A stretch of DNA of 36,837 nt from Catajapyx aquilonaris (GCA_000934665.2 KZ539004.1:1-36837); one strand, 5' to 3'; counted from the first letter of the stretch, positions 12,785 to 23,554 are shown. The notes: a model not told the origin generated them from the sequence alone. Translations and numbers: made by a program.

Positions 12785-14442
12785 TTTTTTTACAGGGATG
12801 ATATACAGGGAGTGGACTGTCCAAAAGTCCGGATACCCTAGAGGTCTATTTGTGCAGTGGGTTCTAGTTTGATTTTTTTTGATATTTGTTAACAGTTACT
12901 TTAAGATGTTATCAAAACATAGCAGCTAATGTTATGTACGAAAGATGAGAAATATTTTTAATGTCTGTACGAGAAAATATACATCGAATGCTAATGATTG
13001 CAAGTGTCTTTCCCTATAACGTCAATTCAACCTAACATTTATGACTAATATTCTGATAGTAGCTCATAATGATAGCTCATTTTATTAGATTTGTGCGAAA
13101 AAATGGTAAATTCGGACCAGCAATGCGCTATCCTGGAGCACCTACGCAGCTATTGTTGTTGTAATTGAATTTCGCAATTTCGACAAACATTCGTCCCCAT
13201 TTTCAGCACAGTGCAAAATGAGAATCCATATTACTTCACAGCACTCTTTTATTTGCCGAGAAGTTGCAAAGTCAACTTTAATTTCGTACCCTTTTGATGC
13301 TCAAACCTTTCAGATAATTTTTTTTGTTGTGTCGAAATATCGTGTTGACACTGAACGAAAAAGAGTGATTGCGTTTCGACGATAAGTTTTTTAAAGACGT
13401 CGTTCTAAAAGCAGGAATCACAAATTAGAATTATTTTTATGGGGGAAGTTTTTTTAAAGAGGTGTGAATTTTTTTGAAAAAAAAATAAATATCTGAGCAT
13501 GTTGATTTTTACGACACATTAATCCGGTTGTAACGCGTCAACAAATTCTTCCAAATGAATACTTTATGTTCGCTCGTAAAATTTTACACCTTTCAATTAA
13601 CGATTTTTCATTCGAATGTGTGCCAGTTATGAAATTGTTGGTTTTTTTTGTGTGTCTGCTGCAAACACGGTTCATTTTTTTTTTGGCAACGTTAAATATT
13701 CAACGAGCCACTAACCATTGCACTTTACGACTTAAGAATGTGTAGCGTTTATAAACTACACGGCCGATAAAAGCAAGTCATTATGCGCATCACGCAAATC
13801 ATCATCACAATCGGCCCCGTGTTAGCCAATTTGCGATGATTGAGTGATTGTGCAGGCCTGCATTATTGTGAAATTTTCCTGTGTATACGTGCAGGGTCCC
13901 TTGTCCAGCATGAATCAAACGCTCTGACAAACATCGATGGTAAACACATCAATGTGAAAGGGGGAAAAAAATATGTATGCAGCATCATCAGGTCATCATA
14001 ATCATCATCATTATGTACAATATTTACCCAGGTTGTTGTGCTAAAATGTGTTTGAGAATCGGCCTATACAGTGCTCTGAAACAACCTGAAGTAACACAAT
14101 ATAACCGCTCTTTTTTCGAGTCATAAAGTAAAGAATAGCCTTTGCACTGTACTAAAATAGATGCAAATCAAATGCTATAGTAGCAGGGGGGGAGGGTGTT
14201 CCCATCACAAAAATTCGGCCTTTCCAGGGTAAAACCGCCCCACCATTTAATGGACACTGTAGCGCAATAATCGCCCAACCACAAATTGCAGCCTGGACGT
14301 TCCCCACACTTTCGTTCACTGTACACGCGATCAAACGCGTCGGTTACGCTTCAATAAACATTTCGAAAAACCATATAGCGGTGTGCCAAAAATCACACGT
14401 CACCGATTTAATCGCTGCTACTGACAGACAGCGATCGTCACC

Positions 14443-15215
14443 AGTAGCAGAGAGGTAATCATTGTTGCGAATCACTGCTATTCTTTAATAAAAATAGCTG
14501 TCACTAAAAGTAGCAGCGATTTATATCATTATTGAAAGTGACTGCTTCTTCACTTCCTAAAAGTAGCGGCGATGTAATCACTGTTGTGAATCACTGTGAT
14601 TCTTGAAAACAAATAGCGTTTACTATAATGTAATCACTTGCGAAATCACTTCTGTCCTTGAATAGCAACAGCGCTTACTGAAAGTAGCAGTGATGTAACA
14701 ACCGTTGCGATTCACTGATATTATTGAATAGCAATAGCGCTTACTAAAATCATCAGCGATGTAATCACTGTTGAAAATCACTGCTATTAACGAATAGACA
14801 TACCGGCAGCGCTTGCTAAAGGTAGCAGTGATCTGTAATCATCGTTTCAAATCACTTCTATTATTGAATAAAACCCTCCGACGTGGTGGTTGGGCTTGCG
14901 GTTCTCCCGTGACCTCAAGAGCTATGCCGGCGTTAAGCTTCGTCTACTGGCAGGGCCCCCCAAGCCGGACGGGTCTTTGGGGTAGGAGACAGACTAAGAC
15001 AGACTATACTAGTGTTTCCTCTCTTCGTTGTTCTATCTGTCCCACCTTTGCTTCTTCTTATAGCCAGATAGCAATAGTTGCTTTGGCTTCTTCCTAATAA
15101 ACCAAACCAAACCTTGAATAAAATAGCGTTTATTGAAAGTAGCAGAGATTTGTAATCATTGCTACTTTCAGTAAGATCTACTTGCGAATCACTGCTACGT
15201 TTGGAATAAAAGCAG
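14443..15215. repeat. Degenerate ~65-bp minisatellite (about 8 units), interrupted by a retroposon
   Basis: Recurring unit AAAGTAGCAGYGATGTAATCACTGTTGCGAATCACTGCTATT(C/A)TTGAATAGCAATAGCGCTTACT, e.g. 14681-14745; the array resumes in register after 15113. Confidence 0.9.
14874..15113 (+). mobile_element. Short non-autonomous retroposon with RTE-LINE-like 5' UTR and (AAACC)3 tail
   Basis: Perfect 10-bp TSD TTGAATAAAA (14864-14873 and 15114-15123). The 5' part (cgtggtgg..gggcttgcg..tgacc..gagctatgccggcg..ctactggcagggcc.cccaagccggacgggtc..ggtaggag.cagactaag) matches from memory the conserved 5' UTR of RTE-clade LINEs (BovB/Expander type). 3' stem-loop agccagatagcaatagttgctttggct, then aaaccaaaccaaacc. 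Confidence 0.8.
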
Positions 15216-15991
15216 CTGCTTCAAAAACCGCAATTTGGACTAATAAGCACGAACCATTTTCAATCGCTAACACCTTGTACTCAGTTTCCAGCTCGAGATA
15301 AAGTTTGCCTTGCCTAAGGCTAGTCGGATGAATCCTTCCGGTGGAATCCCTCGGATCGATCTCTACCCCCTCCCCCCCTACTCCCACCTCCACTAACCCT
15401 CTCTCTAACTATAAAAAAGGTATAGTTGCAGGCCCTCTTGGCAGGCAGGAATGAGTCTGAGGCAGCCATCTGCAGTCAACCCAGAGAGCGGGTTCGACTA
15501 TGACTTTATGCGTCGTCCGTGGTGGTAACAGATACATGTCAGTCGACGTGAGAGGAATGGTTGGTTCAAAGGCACGGACCTGACTGGCCCTGGATCACTC
15601 TGGAGAGAGAAGCCCATGATGCTGAATAAGGGCTGCCTGTTAAATGGGCTGGGGATAACCTAGCTCTATGGGACGTTCGCTTATGTTGCTTAAGGGACGG
15701 ATGCTCACAGACACGGGGAGAATGGGGCGTGAAAAGGAAATTGGGGGAGGACATGGTGTGACAATTTGGTAGTTTCATCTCATCCCACCTCCCCCCCCCC
15801 CCAAAGGAGAGTTCAACATCAGTGATTTGGAAAAACCCGGTCATATCAAGTTTTACATAGAAGGGCAGATATGCTTTTTTTTCCAAAGGCCATTATCTGC
15901 ATCACTTTAGAAAAAGTCATATCTGCACATTGTACAGTGTCTTATCTTCTTTCTCTTTGTTTTTTAAGAAAAGAGAAGAAACTGCTGTTAT

Positions 15992-16414
15992 AAGATGGAT
16001 TTTTTAAGGATTGCAACCGAGTGCGCACCCACACTCGCGCAGTTCCATTGTTCCGACAACGTTGGCAGAGTTACTCCCCAGGTGCCAAATTATTATCATA
16101 CACATTACGATATTTTGACGATTATTATACTCATTATTGCTATTACGATTTTGTTTAATATTATCATACAAAATATTGAAAATAATATACAAATTATTCG
16201 CACTCTGGGGTTCGTTCCCGAGCCTTGCCAACGCCGGAAACGTCGGCCATATTGTACACCCCCCGCCCCCCGAGTAGCGTTGGAAATAAGTGAAGCACTT
16301 ATTTATCAGTACACGCACTGTACAGGGAGCTTAACAGTTATTATTGATAATTCCAACCATGCACTCTGCACTAACTGTGGTGCGCACGGTTGCGTTCGTA
16401 AAAAATTTCATCTA
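15992..16414 (+). mobile_element. MITE family 1, copy B (full length, with an internal ~104-bp AT-rich insertion)
   Basis: TIRs agatggattttttaaggattgcaaccgagtgcgcacc / ggtgcgcacggttgcgttcgtaaaaaatttcatct; internal blocks shared with the other copies. Confidence 0.85.
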
Positions 16415-17418
16415 GAGGCAAATATGGTGATATCGTGGTGATATTGTTGCTTGTGTTGTAAAAAGGCATAGTGCAGGAGTGCCAAATGGTCTGAAACACA
16501 AGTTGTTGGCAACTTATGATGTGAAAGCGTGTCACACTAACTATAGTTTACGTCCATATTTTATAAAAAGCGGCCATGTTGTTGCTATTTTGTTGCCAAT
16601 CCAGCCTGGTTATGCGTTATCTCTCACATTCTCCGTCTAATTAAAAACTCCTTTGTCCTCATATCCAGCTAACTTAGGATAACATGCGAGCAATGTTCGG
16701 CCAAACTGCACTTATCAGTACAGGCTGGGCAGAACAAAATTGTTGTCGCCTGGAAGCAATGCATCCTCTGCAAAGCCTCTATTTAAAAAATTAGGGAAAC
16801 GGGGAATGCAGAAATACCGGGTTGGTACAACGCTTCCTACTTTAGTCCAATTACCATAAAAATGGAACTTTTTAATAAAACAACTGTGTGAGTCTGGGTA
16901 AAGGGGAAGAACGTGAGCGTGAGGCGGAATTCCACCACTCAGGATAATAAACGGCCTAAATAAATAAAAGTGGGCTATGAAAATGTCAGCTGTAGCCTAC
17001 CGGGATTGCTTACATAATAACGACGTTCGCCTCGATGCTCCCAAATGTCCTGGAAATCTTTTCACGTCTTTCCTCGCCGCTTTAATAGATAATACTATCA
17101 ATTTATAAGGTAAGGTCGGACGCCTCCATGTTTCATGGCCCAAGCCCTGGGATAGGCTGTGTAAAAAATTGAAACCAAAAGGAGGCGAAGCACACCCATA
17201 ACAGTACGTCCACAGTTACATAGCCTAACCGGGCTCGGAACCGGTCCACTTCTAGGCTGCCAACACATAATTCCATGCCATCACGAATGATGAATTCTGC
17301 TGGGAACACCACCATTTTTGTCTAGATGAAATTACACGTTTTATTTTATTTTTAATTAATGAATTTGATATTGTATTATTGTAATTGCCTATTTTACATT
17401 TCAGTGTTTTTTATTGAA

Positions 17419-17464
17419 ATTATATTATATTATATTATATTATATTATATTATATTATATTATA
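17419..17464. repeat. (TATAT)n microsatellite within an AT-rich low-complexity tract
   Basis: About 9 perfect pentamer units. Confidence 0.95.
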
Positions 17465-17601
17465 CAACATTGATATTTATCAATTTTATTATTACAATAC
17501 TCTACTTGATTGACTAATTGATGATATGATGATATTACAATACTTGATTATTTATCAATTATGATTAGTATTGTAATGTTATATTGATATTTATCAATAA
17601 T

Positions 17602-17959
17602 GGGGGAAGGCACGGTGGCCGAGATGGTAACGTCTCGGCTTGCTATGCGAAAGGTCCCGGGTTCTAATCCCCGCCCGGGAACAAACCTTTCGCTTGCGTC
17701 AATGGGTCGTGACCCGCGCCTGAGGAGGCGTCTTGGCAACCTGGTCTCCTGGGGGACTGCACCTGGCCCACCGCTGGACAATGCACCTGCACCTGTGTCC
17801 CCTCCCCAAATCCCCAACCCTTACCCCATTTCCTAGTAATCCTTGCACCGGAGTTCGAAGAAAAGTAGAAAACTGAAAACCGAATGGTGGTAGACCACCC
17901 CCCGAAAGGCCCATAGAGGGCCATCAAGGGGTACGGAAAATAAAAAATAAATAAAAAAA
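17602..17959 (+). mobile_element. tRNA(Ala)-derived SINE, apparently full length
   Basis: Pol III A box tggccgagatgg (17616-17627) and B box ggttctaatcc (17660-17670). The head gagatggta..ctcggcttgctatgcgaaaggtcccgggttctaatcccc resembles metazoan tRNA-Ala. GC-rich body, 3' stem-loops and A-rich tail. TSD ATATTTATCAATAAT (17587-17601) / ATATTTATCAGTAAT (17960-17974), 1 mismatch. Confidence 0.9.
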
Positions 17960-18089
17960 ATATTTATCAGTAATTTTATTATGGCAAATTTTTTGTATTT
18001 GATTATTTATTAAATCATTATATTTTGCATTTGATTATATGTTAATTATTATAATATTTCACATGTTATCTATTTACTTAATACAATTA

Positions 18090-18720
18090 ACACAATACGT
18101 CATTAAAACTAAAATCGCTTAGGCAGTTTCCAAAATATAATTACATACAATAAAACACTATTGGGGTGCGTCCAATTAGCAGGTTACGTACATTTTAATT
18201 AATTATTTTGATGGGGGCACTGGGCCCATAGAGTAAGGCACAAAGGTCACAAACTTGATGCATGATCGGTTAGCATGCCCAAATAATTTTATTTAAAGAG
18301 GTCTATGTAAAATTAATGAGAGTTCATAAACTGGAAAACCCCCACCTGGAAAAATATTGTTTTATGTACGGTATATCATATTAGCCTACGTAAATAAAAT
18401 AAAATATTTAATTTAATTTACGTAGGCTAATATGATATACCGTACATAAAACAACATTTTTCCAGGTGGGGGTTTTCCAGTTTATGAACTCTCATCAATT
18501 TTACATAGACCTCTTTAAATAAAATAATTTGGGCATGCTGACCGATCATGCATCAAGTTTGTGACCTTTGTGCCTTACTCTATGGGCCCAGTCCCCCATC
18601 AAAATAATTAATTAAAATGTGCGTAACCTGCTAATTGGACGCACCCCAATAGTTTTTTATTGTATGTAATTATATTTTGGAAACTGCCTACGCGATTTTA
18701 GTTTTAATGACGTATTGTGT
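18090..18720. mobile_element. ~630-bp near-perfect palindrome (foldback/MITE-like), ~315-bp arms, centre ~18405
   Basis: acacaatacgtcattaaaac... at 18090 is the reverse complement of ...gttttaatgacgtattgtgt ending at 18720; by-eye comparison gives about 9 substitutions and one 1-bp indel between the arms, with essentially no spacer. Confidence 0.9.
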
Positions 18721-19158
18721 AGCCTGGGTCTTGTTATCAAACACTGGCCAATATGTTTGCCTCGCCCGAAACAATGCTACCCCAATTTATTTGGGTTCAA
18801 TGCAGATAGCGTTTGTTGTATTCGGATGAGTTATACAACAAACATTCTGCACTATTTGCTCGCCCCTGTGTGTCACCATCCTCCATGTAACTGAATGGTT
18901 TATCCTGCGGGTTAGCCCCCCACTAATAGGGGAACCCAAATTGAATGGCACTTTGTTGCGGATGAAATAAAAATATCTCAACATGTTTAAACGTAATCTA
19001 TATTCTAATTGCGCGAACCGTTTCGAGAAATACAAACCGCCCTAATGAAATTACATCCTATATAAATTTGTGCGTTATCAATATCCCGGGGTATATAATA
19101 TGGCCAGGCGTTCATTATCGCACATTAAAATGTATAACATGTATTGAATATACAGCAT

Positions 19159-19447
19159 TACAGATGATTTTTTATACAAAAGAATCAATGTGCGCACCCA
19201 CATTTGCGCAGCTCCATTGTTTTAACAACGTTTCCAGTTACTTTCCAGTAGCCACACCCGTAGGCTTTGAGGTTCGTTCTACAGATTTGGCAACGTCGCA
19301 AACGTCAGCCATATTGCTTCCCCCTAAGCGTAGCGTTGGAAATAAGTGCAGCGTGTTACACCCACTATACTATTGATAATGCCAACCCTGCACACTGCGC
19401 GGACTGTGATGCGCACTCGGTTTCATTCGTTAAAAAAAAATCATATA
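19159..19447 (+). mobile_element. MITE family 1, copy C
   Basis: cagatgattttt..tgtgcgcacccacatttgcgcagctccattgt ... gtagcgttggaaataagtg ... gcgcactcggtttcattcgttaaaaaaaaatcat. Confidence 0.85.
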
Positions 19448-22400
19448 TCCCGTATTTTTCTCCTTCCAACACGCTCTGACATGTAGCCAAACGATAAATC
19501 CCCATCTTATCCTCAGCCAGGGTGGCAAGGCTTCTCCGGCATCTGCCAAACTATTATTTTATTGACGAAAACGTAGATAACACATTGAATTTATAACCCG
19601 CTCAAACCCTGGTCCTTTCCTCCCCAATTTTCCCCGGGACAAGATTGACCACACTGCCGATTTCTCTTTTCCCAAAACCCCATAGTTTTTTTTTTGTACC
19701 TCCCCCACTTTCTCTCTGGGAGGTTTTTCCAGTGGACGTGCACGGATTGCAGAATTCTCCTTCCGATTGATAACCTTGCAGACGAGGCGTTCCAGATAAC
19801 GACATTAGCAGAGAGAGGCAGAGGACTTTGTGCCTCGGATTACCAGTCGCACACTGCACACTCATAAACCAACCACAGAATTTATACTGTTGCACTCAGG
19901 GGGGTAAAAAAATGTGGGCAGTATAAGGTTGAAGGCCATTGTCCGAAAGTTGGATCAACAAAGCCTTGAGAGGAAAAAGGCATCAAGTCCTAGAGAGGCG
20001 AGAAATAGAAAAAGAGGATGGTTAGAAATCGATTCTGGAATCCTCCACATCGCACTCTGGAGAGAAGAAGACCTGGTGCCGGTGACATCATCCTTTTGTC
20101 AGGCCTTTTTCAACCACCGTCCTTTTTTTCTCTCCTTTTAAAGATATATCTGGATTCCTTCCTGTCCTCAACGTGCCCGAATCCTAGACCCCTAGGCATT
20201 GATAGCCTGTTTGAATCAGTCAATTTCGAGTTTATAAGGATGCTGTGCAGGAGAGATGCGGTTGAGAGTATTTCATTGGATGATCATGTCTGGAATCGGA
20301 ATAGGAGAAGGTTCCTGGAGAGGAAAATGCTGGAGAGAGATTGTTATACTGAGAGTGACGTTATGATTCCAGGAGCGTTCCAGGTTGGGTTTAGGAGCGT
20401 CTGGAGATCGCTTTAGGTCAGTTTACACTACTACGTCTCGACTGCGATCAAAAATAAAATTGAAACAATTATTTACATTTATAAAATTAACTAATAAATT
20501 TATTTTAATTACTTGTTAATCAACAATTACTGCTAATAAAAATAGCAATTGTTGGAGAAGAGGCAACGTGTGTTGTGGCACAGCATAAAGTACACCTTTT
20601 AGTTAATGAGGAATCAGTGCGAATCTGTGGCTGCAAATCGCGGCAGTACAAGAGAAACACATTAAGTGCAAAAACCCAGAGATTTACAGTAAATCCGAAG
20701 ATGGATTTCTCCTGTAGAACATTTCGCGGTGTGACTTAGTGAATACAGAAAATCCTGACCTGAAGGCTCATTATCTCCTTTTTCAACCAAATGGACTTCA
20801 CCACGTGAAAGTAGACAAAATTTTGACTTTGTGGGTTTTTCTGTATGTCCATGATACAGACTACATTATGCATGCGACATCAGCACATTTTATTCTAATT
20901 AAAGACATCTGTAAAATCCGCTAAAACAAGCGTAACTTTGGTAGTCATTATTACCGCATTTGATCTGTTACATAATGCAAAGAGACGACCTTTATCAAGC
21001 AAGGGCGTAATATTTTCACAAAAATGTACCGGTTTATTCAGTTAAGGTGATTTCATTACGGCAACAATAGCCTTTTGTCGCACATCAAACCAATCAATAG
21101 AATCACGTACGTTTGTGCTTGTAACTTAATTTGACCGCTCACTAACCAAAAAAAATTCCATCCATGTTCGTTGATTACTCCCCCTTTGAAATTCTTGGTT
21201 TCATTTTTTACATATTGACGCATTTGTTCACCTTTTACACCAAAAGTGTTAGCTGTTAATGTTGCCATTAACAGCTAATCCCAGTTGCATAATTGTAGCA
21301 AGTGGAAAACAAACAAGCACTAGTAGACTATGTAAACCATTATCTACAGCTGATACATGTTCCTCACAACTTTTTGAACCCCAATAACTACCTGAGCAGC
21401 ATCAGAAGTTATTCAACATCTTCTTTTCCGTCAATAAACCATTGGCAGCATTTCAGGTCATCACCTGCGCTCCTTCCAAGGCTCATATCGGAGAGCCCAT
21501 CCAGTAAACGTCCACGTAAATCAAATCCGTCTTTGTTGATAGAAACCTTGACCTGCATGTCTTCAAGACTTCCCCTCCCATCCTCCCAGCCATTATTGTG
21601 CTGCAGCAGCATGCATCCATCCCTATACGAAGGTCTCAACTCTCCTGCATATTTACGACGATATTATACCCTCACCCTGTTCTCTCCCTACCCCCCACCC
21701 CCAACGGCTCATTTATGCATTCATGGATCAATTGTCCGTTTACGAGTGAAATGTTAATGGCCGTAGACAGTTAGCTAGCTTGCATGCAAAATTAACCGGG
21801 GGGTTTTGCATTTCATGCTGAGCTTTTGGGAGAGAGAGAGACACAAACTCTCTAAATGCTTAATTGCCGTCCTGTCCTTAAAGAAGTTGATGGATTGCCC
21901 TCCTCTTCTCCCAAAAGTCCTAAGGACAATACCTAACCAAATAGGTCCCCCTCCATTGTTCGTAAAACGCTTTTAATTCCCTTGCAATAGCCATGGGCTT
22001 TTCGTCGGGAGAAGGAAAATTAAGCGCTTTTGCAACGACTATTGAGACTCGGTTTTTATATAACCAAGGGGCAGAGGACGCGGTTTCTATGTCGTTTTGA
22101 GATTACGGCCGCCGACAAGCTTACCGGCGGGTGAAATTAACAGAGGAAATGCTTAGCTAGTGATGTGCATTAAAAGGAGCTTAATTACCTGCACAACTGA
22201 TAATGTGCGTGGACTTAATGGCCTGAACAATTTAGCTGGAGTGGACTTGTTCGTTCCGGTCCGGCTGTCGAACGATCAGAATCACATTTTGGTCTTGAAC
22301 TGTACAGGCATTACATGTAACTAGAACTAATTTGTAATAATAGCAGTCAACTTGATATAATTATGTTTGAGTAATAATGGAAATTCATTTCATTTTGATA

Positions 22401-23554
22401 AATGTTGATATTATAATTATTCTCATTGACCAAGATTATTTTTGTGCTCAATTAACAACTAGCCAAATAAGTACGAATCTAACATTTTGTACAAGTCAGT
22501 GTCCTTAGGCAACTGGTTGCTGGTGTTAGCAATCCATAGTGCTGTGTACTTGAACCTCGTACCACCCTGTTACTGTAACGAGCACTATACGTAAGTATTG
22601 CGTGAACGTGCTGAAGAGAGCGCATTGAACCAGATTTAATGCCAGCCTCGATATGGGAACTTTTTTTACGCAGTGTACAGTACACTATGCCATTAGTGTA
22701 TCTAAGTTATATACTGTAGTACATCATTAGCACCGTGTAACGCCATTAGGAGGCTCCTGCTTGGGGTGTATAACACGTAAGCATATACTCTTACAACATT
22801 ACAGCATTAAAATCTTGATCCCACAGAATGATGCTATAAGGGCCATATACGAATGAATGCAATTAGCGTAATTAATGCCATTTGACGCACTAAGACGGGA
22901 ATTTTGCTGTCAGCGTTGCAGTGACAAGATCTGTAAGTTTCTCATGTCTACATCCCCGGAAGGAAAGATAGTCGCTCCCTTTAATAAACATTTTCTAGTT
23001 TCTTGCGTGGCATACTAAGGACTTGCAAAGAAGAGACGAGGCAATATCATCAGGGTACGACGGAGACGCCTCCTTTTGCAATCGTCTTATTGAAAATTCC
23101 CCGGTTGTTTTCCTCCCGAATGTTTGAAAGGGGAAGACTTCATTAATTCCAGATTCTTGCTATAGTAGTTCAGCAGAAGAAGTAAAAAAAAAAATGTTGC
23201 AGAAGAAAGACCAGCAGAAGCAGCAGAGAGGGTCCTCAAAGGAGGTGGGGGTAGCCCCAAATGAGTTGCGAAAAAGACAGGGCAGTAATTAAATCAAAAG
23301 GACGCGTGTCTGCGTGACTGAACTTCGCCTGTAATTGTTTCAGCAAAAAGTTAACGCTTCCTAATGATAAACGACAGAGCGCAAAAAGTGTTACCAAAGA
23401 ACCTCTTCTATCTTTTGAGAGATATCACGTTAACTCACAGCCACAACCTGTACAAGTCTGTTACTGCATGAAAATTGATATTTCACATTAAACTTGCATG
23501 AATATGTGCCTATACCATAAAAATACACTCGAGATGAAATTCTGCAAATATTTC

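Noticed and set aside
12792..12840. Tc1/mariner-like TIR start (tacaggg..tccaaaagtccggatacc) possibly pairing with caccctgtata at ~36226
   Set aside because: Only a few terminal bases match, 23 kb apart; no element can be supported
14443..15215. Palindromic repeat array superficially like CRISPR
   Set aside because: Whole units are homologous with no unique spacers, there are no cas genes, and the context is eukaryotic
15995..16441. 148-aa ORF sharing peptides (CAPTLAQFHC / CAPTFAQLHC; SVALEIS-like) with ORFs at 19068-19479
   Set aside because: The similarity is explained by MITE family 1 DNA; frames shift between copies and the I/N-rich middle is the AT-rich insertion
17609..17680. Functional tRNA gene
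   Set aside because: The acceptor stem does not pair and the anticodon arm is distorted; it is a SINE head with body, tail and TSD
17908..18233. Shared 11-mer ggcccatagag in the SINE tail and the palindrome arm
   Set aside because: The flanks are unrelated; probably coincidence
21302..21757. Longest ORF (151 aa, Ser/Pro-rich)
   Set aside because: Starts at GTG, has no recognisable domain, and has low-complexity composition; such a length can occur by chance
22246..22265. miR-375-like cttgttcgttc
   Set aside because: The match ends after about 11 nt, and the upstream arm pairs poorly beyond gaacaa/ttgttc
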